Shown here: positions 25,101-35,714 of the stretch, piece after piece
How the letters are laid out: each line of letters opens with the position of its first letter
How positions within the stretch are numbered: the first letter of the stretch is position 1
Assembly: GCA_903813345.2 (NCBI GenBank)
Contig: CAIIXF020000001.1
Location: 31,682,001-31,746,000 of the forward strand
Source: Owenia fusiformis
Lineage: Eukaryota
Reading direction: 5' to 3'
DNA length: 64,000 nucleotides
Notes under the pieces: model-generated
The model's input: the letters and a program-made list of their open reading frames with translations, nothing else
Database searches by the model: none
Told to the model about the DNA's origin: nothing
Position numbers and translations under genes: made by a program

Positions 25101-28100
25101 ACTGCTAAAATAACCAAGAAATGTGGCTTGAAAAATCGTTTATCGTCTTTGTAATTTTAATTTTCTTTGAAAATGTGACTTTTAGTGGACATACAGTGTA
25201 TTCTTAATCACATGTATATAATTATCAAGTTGAAAAAGGTTATATGAAAATTGCTGGAGCAACTCCCTTCCCCTCTGGCCAAAAATCATGTAGTTTTTCA
25301 CCATTCTGAGTGCTTTTCAAGTGACTTTTGCCATTTTGGGGACATAGTTCATTGTCAAAAGTGAACCCCTTCCACTGTTAATCTTTGGCAGGTGCTGGCT
25401 TGGGGCCTGCAGGTCTAGGATCATAGCCATCTGTTTGTTATGGCAAAATAGACATAATTACCAATGGAACGTTTTCATGTTAATGAACTGAACTTGGAGA
25501 GATAAGGTAGAGTTCATGATTTGGTCTTGCATACTGAATGTGCTTAATCTATTGAAAGTACAAGTTTAGGGGGCCTTTTTCTTTATCTGCCATTGCCTGC
25601 CATGTTATCTGACCCGAATTAGCCACCTGGTTGGAGGTGAAATCGATAACTACCTACTGGCACCTTGGTAATTGAGTCACAGTATTGTTATGTCACCAAT
25701 ACAAGTGGCCAGTGGATGGTGTCTGTAACAAATGGCAGGTGGTGACATTTTGTATCTTAATGCCTTGTCGAAGTTTACCAAAGTCAGTTGTGGTTTGAGG
25801 TTTTGTACATGTATACTCTGCCAGAAAGTATGAAACATATATAGTCATTTTAAAAACCTTTGAATTGGTTCTAAATAATGACTTTAGGGCTTACAGTAAT
25901 ATGTCATTGTATTGTATCAAAATAAAGAGGATGTATTTCTTAGCTTTATATGCATGTTTTCTTTCTTTCCATAACTGCCATGAGTTCTTTCACTTTCATG
26001 GTCACTCTAAAGTATAAAGTTATCAGGATACATTTTAATTTTAGTGTATAAAGAATACCATACTGCGGAACAACTTCTTCATCGTTAGATCACAGACTGT
26101 TATACTAACCAAGCAGAAGGTTGAGGAGTTCTACAGGGATCACAAAGGTAACCCACTACACTGGGGATCTGGGGGGGGGGGCTTGGGGGGCCGGGCCCTT
26201 GGGTGGGCCCAGAAAAAAAATTGGGGCCAAAAAAGCCTTAAGGCCCCAAAAAGTGGGCCTTTTTTGGTCATTACTGGGCCTTGTAAGGCCTAATTTTAAT
26301 TTTAGGCCAAATTTTGAAGAAAATGGGCCTCAAAATTTCAACATTTTTTCTGGTCTGAAAATTTGGGCCCCCCCTTGATGATTCCCAGATCCGCCCCTGC
26401 ACTCCCTGCACTACATGTGCATATATTGACAATAGGTTTTAGCTTATTATTTTGTACATTATAGAAATAATTTGAGTGGCACACCCTCTCAAGATCCCCT
26501 CAATATTTCAATTGTGGCAGCCACCATTGCCTCAATTCAATTTCACTTCCTTAATAAACAGCTAACTTACACAACTGGTCTATTACAATGTTACAAGCAT
26601 TCTTTTCTGAAAATAAAGCCTAAAAAATTCAATGCTTCACATTTTGGTATTTTTTCTCCACCTGTCTTTCTGTCTGTCTGTCCATTTGTCAACAATTTTT
26701 TGACAAATGAGAACTCTATTTTCTGAACTAATGTATACAGGTCAGGCTGTCCTACTGTCCCGCAATTTGCGTATTTGTCAAGCATTTGCTTCAAGAAATT
26801 GAAGTCACGCCCATTTTTTGTGTGACAGAATATGTCACTCAAATATACATTTTTCTGATTATGGTCAAGCAAAGATATTTCAAGAGAACATCAAAAAAGT
26901 AAGAGTATATTTTAGCCTAAATCCCACAATGATTTCATAATTAACTATGAGCCTATTGATCATATTCATTGTATTATGTGGGTGATACTTATTTATGATA
27001 TTCATATATTTGACCTACTTTTGCATTCTTTGTGATGACCTAATTTAATGAATCGTATACATTTATGGAGCAATTATGTTGTTACTATTATATGAGTTCT
27101 ACTTGATACATGATTTTTGAATTTGACCTACATGATGTACACACGCGGTAGTATCTCTTCGGGACGTATCGAAACCACTCCGTCCCGAAAAACCGTTAAT
27201 TTGAATTTAAAACCTACCCCAGTGTTTGAAAATCAAGGATTGTGAGTCTCACACTTCACCGTTTTTCTTCAAACTTGTTCCGTACAAAGCTTCACAGAAA
27301 TACCTTTCAGTCGATACATTGTTTTCGTGTACAAAGTACCTCGTTTTAGCGGCGTTTTGGTCCCCAGCTGTGAGATAAAGCAAATTTTCATAACTTTCAA
27401 CTGTAAGTCAAGTTATCTCGCCAGTCTTTTACCCATTCTCGCCCATAATTTCAGAATGGACTCCCATTACAAGCTTCCATCGCTACGTCTTGATTTTTGG
27501 GCATCAAACGCAGCAGTTTCTAAATCATCCACACATCTCTTCAAATTTGACCAATACGCCCCGTCATCTTCCACTACGCCCCGCCGAGTCTATCACTATA
27601 CACGTAGAGTTGCATTCTAAAACAATTTGTCCATCGATGTGTCCGTTTGTAGGTTGCCATTGTCGATTCTAAATACCAATCGGATTGTGTTTTAAGATTT
27701 ACCCATTCTTGTCCATTTTCAATATACCTATAATCGGGTGGTCCAAAATCTCCCTAAAATTTAGATTTCCCGATATTGCAATATAAAGATTTTAATTACT
27801 GAACAATTGAAAATATTTTTAAGAAACGTTTAAAGTGCCCTATCCTTGAAAAAATGTTAAAATGCGAAAGGATGAGTGATGTCAATTATATTATTTTCAG
27901 CATAACGTTAGAAACATGTATCATTTTATATGGTACACGTTTCATAATGTAATCCAATGGAATCATACAGAAGAAAGGTTGACACACAACAGTTTCCCGA
28001 TGGATTAAGCTAAAAAAGTGGTGCCTGTAGGGTTATTGAAAATCATACATGATGAAGAAAAAATACATATTCCTGAAATACAACAGTTTAATTTTGAGTT

Positions 28101-31100
28101 ATAAACCATTTATGAAAACGGCATATTTGTCAAAATTACCAAAACTTCAAGTGAGACGCGTGGCAAAATTTCCCAGGGGTCTAGAGTGGAAATATTTGTA
28201 CCAAGAGTCAATTTGTAACTAGAATCTATCAGATGACAGATTTTTGGAAAATTTTGCAGATTTGGACAACCCTAACCTATAACTTTGTTGAACCTGAAGA
28301 AACGTATCAACTTTTTGTTAAATAAACACACACCCACCGGTGTAAAAGCGTAGGTGGTCCTATCAAATTATGGTCCTAGTCTCTATTGATTTATATAATG
28401 GTGACCTGATTACAATTATTTTCCTTATTATTTATACACAATCAGGGCCAGAAAGGGCCGTTAGGAAAGGGGACCATAATCCCCAGGGGACCATAATTTC
28501 TTTCACACCCGGCTTTGTTAGTACTTTGCCTTGGATGTCATACAGTACATTTACACTGTGGCATGATGATGAACTTAGAAAATATGTATAGTCATGACAA
28601 AATGTTCTTTGTGATATAATATTGTATAGTATCATTCTGATACGTATTACATGTTTATGTTTAGTGCATAAAATTCATAGCCAGATCAATAATTCGGAGA
28701 GAATACGCTGGACGATAGAATATTAAAAACTATAAAAACATTCTTCATAGAATTAAGCAAATAGTGTTATTATAATTTAAGTAGTAACTGCATATGTTTA
28801 AAACCACTCTGTTTAAATACAGGTAAATAAATAAATATGATGCAATAAAAATTGAAGCTTTCTGTCGAGAGCAATAGTCATCAAAATAGAAAAAACGGAG
28901 CGAAAATATTGAAAGATGACCGAGACAATTGAAAAAAAGGACAAAGTACTGGATTTGACCTAGTTCTTGACCTTTGGCCTAGATAAAAATTTGACACCAT
29001 TTCTTACCAACTAGATACTGTACCTTAATTGACCATATAATTGTCTTGAATAGATACTTTGTAGTTGTTGAGAAAACGTGACCAGTAAAAGAACAAGAAT
29101 AAGAATAAACAAAAGAGGCAAAAACAAAGATGTTCCCCTTCACCAATGCAATGCAATCATTTTTCACAATGTTTAATGCATTACTTAAGGAATGACCAAA
29201 CTTGCTGTTATTTTCGCCATTCCCAGGTGTGATGTCACACAATACATGCATATAGATTCCTTGAAGCAGATTCAATACAGCACGGTCTTGCCTACAGTAT
29301 ATGGAGAAATAATGAACGTTCATTATTGGATATGCTGCATTCTGATTGGTTTAGAAATTCAAATAGAGCACGGTCATGTTTGAATATTCTTTATTTTGAT
29401 ATCAATGAGTTATTGAAATGAAAACTGAACTCTCTTAAGATGAGTGTTGACAATGTTATTTCCCCGTTTAGAAAAACAATTGGTTTCAACTCATTTTGGT
29501 CATCCAAATTCAGTATCTTTTAAGTCACTATATCCACTATATTCAACTTCTAAAATAATCAACGGAACCATTCGGAATACTTTTATCTTAGAAAGTTAAT
29601 AAACATAGTTTGGCCAAATGCATAGGTGGGGGACAAAGTGAGTTTTAAAGTATTCACCTCCACATAGCCTTGCCCAAGTCGGTCTCTTTTACTTATTTTG
29701 ATTTCTATTATTAATAATTCAAGATCAGATAAGTAAAAAGATATCGACTTAGGCAAGGCTAACCTCCACAGGGTAATGAGAGTCTCTTGATGTGGAGTTG
29801 TAGTGTGGTGGTCTCATTAATGGAGACCTTGGCCCCTTCCCTCTGGAGGTCCTTTATTTTCTGTACCGTTATCCCAAAATGGTGGGACCTATACTTAAAT
29901 CCCCCGACTTCCTCCCTGAGATATCGTTTATGCACTTTAAGGTCCTGTGTGAGGTACCGTCTCATTTCATGTTCTATATAACACGTTCGATTTGATTATC
30001 CCCGGTGTTGCAGTAGTAGCACTTAAACATATGTATCATAAGATGCCGTTCAAAAAAAGAAATAACACATATACATTTCTTTGATTGATTATCAATAGCT
30101 AAACATAACCGTTTCGGTTACAAGTGTATTCAAATGCGTGACCGTTGTCGTATTATCATCAATTCGTATATGTAACCAAAGCGAGGGATTAAATGGGCGT
30201 TCCTGTCATCCTACAAACTATTTCGATTAAAATCACTTGGTTGTCCAGAAAGATATTTTGCTTATCCATATTTCGGCCGAAAAGATCTGGATGATTCGTG
30301 CTGTATCTCGAGATATCAAGGAAAACGAAAATTCTTACCGATTTCTTCAGCCGGAACAGCAGCCATCTTGTTACCAAAACGATTCGTTTTGGTAACCAGC
30401 GTAATCGAGCGGATCACCAGTGAGTATAGCGTTTTTTCTTTTACATGTTACTTTTTGTACATCATTGATTGATCCGCTCTAATCTGCCCTCGGCCGATAA
30501 TTTATAAATTATTTATGTTGAACATTAGCAAAACAGGATTCCAGATTATATTGTGTTTCAAACCAGACACTTGGTTTCCTCACAAAATCAAATACAGGAT
30601 AATAACATATAATTAAAGTTAAAAAGCAACATCTTCACAAACATTTAAATTATCAATTTCATGCAATCAGTTATAGTTATACTCCGTATGTATGCTAAAC
30701 TTAAGACTGGTGTTAAGAATCGACCAAGGCAAACCTATGTAAAATTACACATCGATGAACAAAATGTTTTAGAATACAACTCCACGTTTGTAGTCATAGA
30801 CTCGGCGGGGCGTAGTGGAAGGTGACGGGACGTATTAGTCAAATTTTAAGAGATGTGTGGATGATTTAGAAACTGCTGCGTTTGATGCCCAAAAATCAAA
30901 ACGTAGCGATGGAAGGTTGTAATGGGAGTCCATTCTGAAATTATGAGCGAGAATGGGTAAAAGACTGGCGAGATAACTTGACTTACAGTTGAAAGTTATG
31001 AAAATTTGCTTTATCTCGCAGCTGGGGACCAAAACGCCGCTAAAACGAGGTACTTTGTACACAAAAACAATGTATCGACTGAAAGGTATTTCTGTGAAGC

Positions 31101-34100
31101 TTTGTACGGAACAAGTTTGAAGAAAAATGGTGAAGTGTGAGACTCACAATCCTTGATTTTCAAACACTGGGTTAGGTTTTAAATTCAAATTAACGGTTTT
31201 TCGGGACGGAGTGGTTTCGATACGTCCCGAAGAGATCCTACCGCGTGGTACACATACCTTTTGAAACATGACCTAAATTTAAAGATGACTATGAGCTATC
31301 ACCATGGGAATCCACCCAATGGTGCCATTTTTTAATAATCGTGATACATTATCATCACCTTATAATGGAATCATTTCTTCAAGATAAATGCCCTAGTTTT
31401 CAAAGGTAACTGAACAGAGATTAATTCAAGAAAAATATCCTTTTTTTCAAATGTAAATGTTTGATGTGCATTCGGATGCCATTAATTTACTTTATTTAAT
31501 CAATATTGATACATTTATGATAAGAATTAATCACTTATTGCATTTTAAAACTTTGGAATCCACTATACAATAACAAGGGTGATAAAGATTAATGAAGAAA
31601 CATAAGCATTAAGCCCACTTCAGACCTAGAGCAATGTCTCTTAAATAATATTTAAATTGCTCTGAATGATAGAAATGACAAAACATTGTGGTTTCATTAG
31701 CCTATGGGATGAATCTGCAAAACCTAAATGATAGAAATAACAAAACATTGTGGTTTCATCAGCCTATGAAACAAATCTGCAAAACCTTGACATACTTTTA
31801 TTATGACAGTATGAACCCAACGTTTCTTTGGTTCTACAATCAAAATAAATATCTAGTATACATGCAGGCCCGTAGCCAGGGGGGGTTCGGGGGGTTCGGA
31901 CGAACCCCCCCTGGCCAAAATTTCTTTCAAAATCATGGAGTTTTTCACCATTCTGACTAATTTTTGAGTGATTTTTGGCCATATTTGCCAAAGTGAACCC
32001 CCCCTAGAATTTTTTAGAAAAACGAACCCCCCCTTGGAAAATTCTGGCTACGGGCCTGACATGTACATATATATGACAAATATATGACAAATTGATAGTT
32101 ATTAATTCCATGTTAATTTCTCAATAGTGAACCATAATGTATTTTTGATCTAATTTGATGATAAAATCAATTATCTTATGGTTAAAGTTAATAGATTTCT
32201 AACACAAAGGCTGGTATCAAAAAATTTGTCCGCTGTGAAGGAGCATGTTATTTTTCATAAAAAGACTAAGAAAACCACAAAATTTATTTTTAACTCATGC
32301 TTTTCATTATACCAAAGAAAATTACTTACTCCATGCAATTCTTTTGAAAAGCATTCCTTGTTCATAGATTTTCCCTACAGAGGGGTATTCCATCGGACAG
32401 GTTTTACTGTATATCAATTCATTACGTAGGTGATCGTTCAGTCACCCACCTATCACATTGAAGTGACAAATGCGGGATATATGATATGCTGTAGTTACAA
32501 GCTCTTAGACTTTTACCTGCGTGCATGTCATTAATAGGATACACATACACATTACTTTAATTGAAATATATATAGAAAAACTATCTAATTCCCATTGCAA
32601 TTTGAGATTGGCTTTTTCTCAAATGTACTTCCTGTGTCATTCTCATGTTTACCATTTATTTTAAAAAATACTTTGGTCAAGGAAGTGGCTTTACAATTGA
32701 GCAATCTGTCTGCATGGAGTGTTTAAGGACTACACAGAATGATGCCATTTTCTTGTTTTTCTATTCTAATGAAAACATATATCATCTTTGATTTTCAATA
32801 ACTTCCATTTGATCAGATCAGATATATTAATTCCTTTATTAAAATATAGAATGAGGATTGTAAAATTGAAACATTTGCATTCTTTTTGAATATTGTGTCC
32901 AACATTTTACAGTCTCTTTTCTTTACTGCCACTTTAACTTCATTGGATGACAAAATCATTTATTCAATGTGGTTAGACTACGAGTGTTACAGCTGTGAAA
33001 GAAGGAGGAGGGGTGAGAACTCATCAACTTTGAGGCAAACTGCTTTACTTAAAGTTTCATATTGCCCTGCTCAGTTGAAATAGACCTTATCTGAATCTAA
33101 ATTAATGATGAATTAATTTTTCCAATTAATTTTTCCAGGAAAATTCTTCCACAACAGACTTGTAACATTCATGCAAAGGTAAGATCAATAGATCATTCCC
33201 CACTCTATACTCTACATGTGTGCTTCACAGAATAAGTGCGTGTAGAAATAATTTGAATCTCCATGGCAACTCTTCATATACAAAATTAAAATGTACATGA
33301 ACATGCAAAGGTGTGATATTAAAAATATTTATCAACTTTGAAATGTTGATATAAATTTGATATCCCATGGGCTACATATTCTCTGTGCATTATTGTTTCA
33401 TTCTTTGCATCATTGTTATGCCACAAAAATAGCAAGTCAATATTATGATTTTTGTTCCAGTGGTCCTGTGAGTGCACATGTACTGGCCAGGCAGGATGCT
33501 ATCAGTCATTGGAGGAAGATAATGGGACCAACTAAAGTATTCAGGTACATACTAGGGATTTTAAGATTAGCATAAATAGCCAATCTACGCATACCTACAT
33601 GTATACTAGTTTGTTATTGCACTAAGCGGTATTTTACCTAAGTTACAATGTTTGCAATCCATAATTACATGTATTTTTATGAATCAATTTTTGTAAATCC
33701 TGCTTGTACTCAGTTGATTATGTTTATTGTACACTTTTATATTTGTAAAGATTATTATTAATTCACAAAATATGTATTTTTTCAGAACAATATTCAAAGA
33801 ACCGAATTCTATCCGAGGACAGTATGGTTTGACAGACACTAGGAACTGTGCACATGGCTCTGGTGAGAGGCCTCCTCAGGGCAAGGGTCAACATAAAATG
33901 TGTTGTTTTATAAAAGTAGTTTCATTAGGCATATTATGGGTATATATTGAACATGTTATGGCTTACTTGTTGTTTCAAAGGACCAGGTGTTGTATGACTT
34001 GTATGGGAAGTGATTTTAGACGGTCATATCTTTCCCCATGAGTACTTTCTGGCCATAAATACAGTTGTTTGTATTAAAACAATATGTTTTCTTTCAAGTG

Positions 34101-35537
34101 AAGTCCCCATAATGATAAAAATATCAATCAAACAATTTGAAAAATTATGAATAGGGACCCCATGTCAACAATTTATTCGAAATGTTGAAACTATTTACTT
34201 AAAATATGATCTTCTTTTTCTGATTTTTATTGCATGAAAAGATTATTCTACAAGAGGTCTAAAACTTCTTCAAAAGTAGAATAGTATTAAAAGTCTAGTT
34301 TTGAATATATCAATTTTCGATGACCAAAGTTATGCTGGAAACAATGGATGTAATGGCATGAATTTTCATATGGGAAAATAACATGGGATGTGTGGTTTTT
34401 AAGTGCATTTCAATACCCATCCCCTTTCCAGAAATTATGAAATATAGTGCAGTGCAGAAGAAACGTTTCATATGTTTAAATTGAGAAAAACAAGATCCTC
34501 ATTTTTTTAGAAAATAAGCCTAACAATTTTTTAAAGAACGACAAGTTGGGGTCCTAATCCATGATTCTTCAGAGTTGGATTGATATTTTATTATTATTTG
34601 ATATTTTATTATTTATTATCATGGGGACTTCACTTGAAAGAAAACATAATTTTTTGAAAGATGTGACTGTCCACGATCACTTGCCATACTACACCTGGCC
34701 CTTTCAAATAAGAGAGGGGAGTCCAGAGATTACTTTTGTAAAACAAGATATTTTGACAGGCCCATGAATTTAATATAAGATTTTACAATACACATTGAAA
34801 CATTTTTCCACCTGATTAAGAGGTTTGACTTAAAATGGAATATACTTGAATTAACAGCAATTAATGAACACAAACAATGATGATCATTCAGAGAACGATA
34901 ATTATAAATAATTTAACAATCACTAAGCACTTAGTAGCATAAAATGATTTCACATCAATTTTGTTTAACAACTCTTTGGTAATACTGTAACTCTTGTAAA
35001 ATATTCACCAATTGTTTCATTAATTGTATCATTGTGCGCTAACAAGGAGTAAACATAGACTTCTTGAATTAAAATGAAAAAAACATATACTTACCAAGAC
35101 ATGCGAATCTGTTACCATACACTGTCGAGTAGGTGGGTGTGGTGTGACATCTTTTAGACATATTTGTGTGTTATCCTACAAGTGATGTCTGGGACTATGT
35201 CTACTTCGCTATATTGTATAGGAAACACCTCCTGAAGTGAATGCTTAAAAATGTCACTGTGAGATGAAACACATTCTAAAACATACAATTTCTTTTTCCA
35301 GATTCTCCAATATCAGCTGCCAAAGAAATTCAAATATTCTTTCCAGACTTTTCCATAGATGAATGGTACAGGAGCAAAGGACATCTATTCACAAGAGACA
35401 ATGTTGTATTTGATGAACAGTCTCAGGCACATGTCTTGCTAAAAGACATCAACTCTTCAAGAGTGCAATATATAACAAATCCTATAACAAACATTGGCAA
35501 CGTCAAAGGATTCAGTTTCAATAAAGAGGACAGTTGA
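22169..35537 (+). CDS. NME6: Nucleoside diphosphate kinase 6 (NME6-like), complete, 6 coding exons, 202 aa
   Basis: Exons 22169-22237, 26045-26147, 33139-33178, 33461-33544, 33786-33862 and 35302-35537 (609 nt). Protein MKNLEVTLAILKPDVLSHPIIAQCIKNTILRNNFFIV...FYRDHKGKFFHNRLVTFMQSGPVSAHVLARQDAISHWRKIMGPTKVFR...SIRGQYGLTDTRNCAHGSDSPISAAKEIQIFFPDFSIDEWY...; has the NDK catalytic HGSD and the NME6-type GLTDTRN and FFPDF motifs. Confidence 0.95.
23192..23450 (-). mobile_element. GC-rich-ended hAT-like MITE (same family as 26159-26399, opposite orientation)
   Basis: CACTGG.GGAT...ATC.GCCAGTG termini and repeated internal GGCCC motifs. Confidence 0.6.
23564..24108. mobile_element. Kolobok-like MITE
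   Basis: TTAA|AGG...CCT|TTAA (23560-23563, 24109-24112) with imperfect TIRs (AGTCGATAAAA / TTTTGTCGGCT). Confidence 0.65.
24265..25104 (-). mobile_element. hAT deletion derivative retaining the C-terminal dimerisation domain
   Basis: TIR CAGAGGCGTAGCTA / TAGCTACGCCACTG flanked by CTAA. 24889-24746 encodes RYLRSTMNEERLSSLAMIHIHREQDINIDIVIDMFANAKNRKIEFIL*, the classic hAT dimerisation motif. Confidence 0.85.
26159..26399 (+). mobile_element. hAT-like MITE 11 nt downstream of NME6 exon 2
   Basis: CACTGGGGATCT...AGATCCGCCCCTG termini; likely 5-bp TSD CACTA/CACTC. Confidence 0.65.
27142..31247. mobile_element. 4.1-kb Transib-like element with ~520-bp TIRs in NME6 intron 2
   Basis: Termini CACGCGGTAG...CTACCGCGTG; perfect 5-bp TSD GTACA (27137-27141, 31248-31252). 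Arms 27142-~27660 and ~30727-31247 are near-identical reverse complements. Confidence 0.85.
29665..29761. mobile_element. 97-bp palindromic MITE with a 9-bp TSD (AcademH-like TA...TA ends)
   Basis: TAGCCTTGCC.AAGTCG..TTTTACTTAT / ATAAGTAAAA..CGACTT.GGCAAGGCTA; TSD ACCTCCACA at 29656-29664 and 29762-29770. Confidence 0.85.
31865..32058. mobile_element. 194-bp MITE with a 5-bp TSD (hAT5-like)
   Basis: Perfect 15-bp TIR CAGGCCCGTAGCCAG / CTGGCTACGGGCCTG; TSD ACATG at 31860-31864 and 32059-32063. A decayed relative lies at ~25255-25409. Confidence 0.85.
33979..34702. mobile_element. Kolobok-like MITE with long imperfect TIRs in NME6 intron 5
   Basis: AGGACCAGGTGT..GACGGTCATATCTTTC..TTTTCTTTCAAGTGAAGTCCCCAT versus ATGGGGACTTCACTTGAAAGAAAA..GAAAGATGTGACTGTC..ACACCTGGCCCT. 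Confidence 0.65.
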
Positions 35538-35708
35538 TGATGAAAATCAAATGTTGAAAATGCTACTACTTGAATTTTCCATGATCTAATGTGACAGAAA
35601 TTGCCTTCTATTCTTCCAAAGAAGACAATTCTACTTTACTTTACTTTAAGTACTTATGATGATGCTATCTGAAATGTCAATTTCATGATGAAAAACTATC
35701 TAGTGAAC

Positions 35709-35714
35709 AATAAA
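35709..35714 (+). terminator. Candidate NME6 polyadenylation signal
   Basis: AATAAA ~170 nt after the stop codon, followed by T/GT-rich sequence. Confidence 0.55.

Noticed and set aside
27142..27195. True V(D)J recombination signal sequence
   Set aside because: The heptamer CACGCGG is only a partial match, and the nonamer-like motif is 37 nt away at both ends rather than in a 12/23 arrangement.
27327..31062. Duplicated ORFs MYKVPRFSG... (27327-27620, 30835-31062)
   Set aside because: TIR mirror copies with non-ATG starts and differing stops; not recognisable as proteins.
31666..31790. 62-bp direct duplication (also a 33-bp duplication at ~51542-51601)
   Set aside because: Ordinary two-copy slippage duplications with no further structure.
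35086..35100. U1 snRNA 5' end (ATACTTACC)
   Set aside because: The match ends after 9 nt; it is simply the reverse complement of a splice donor.
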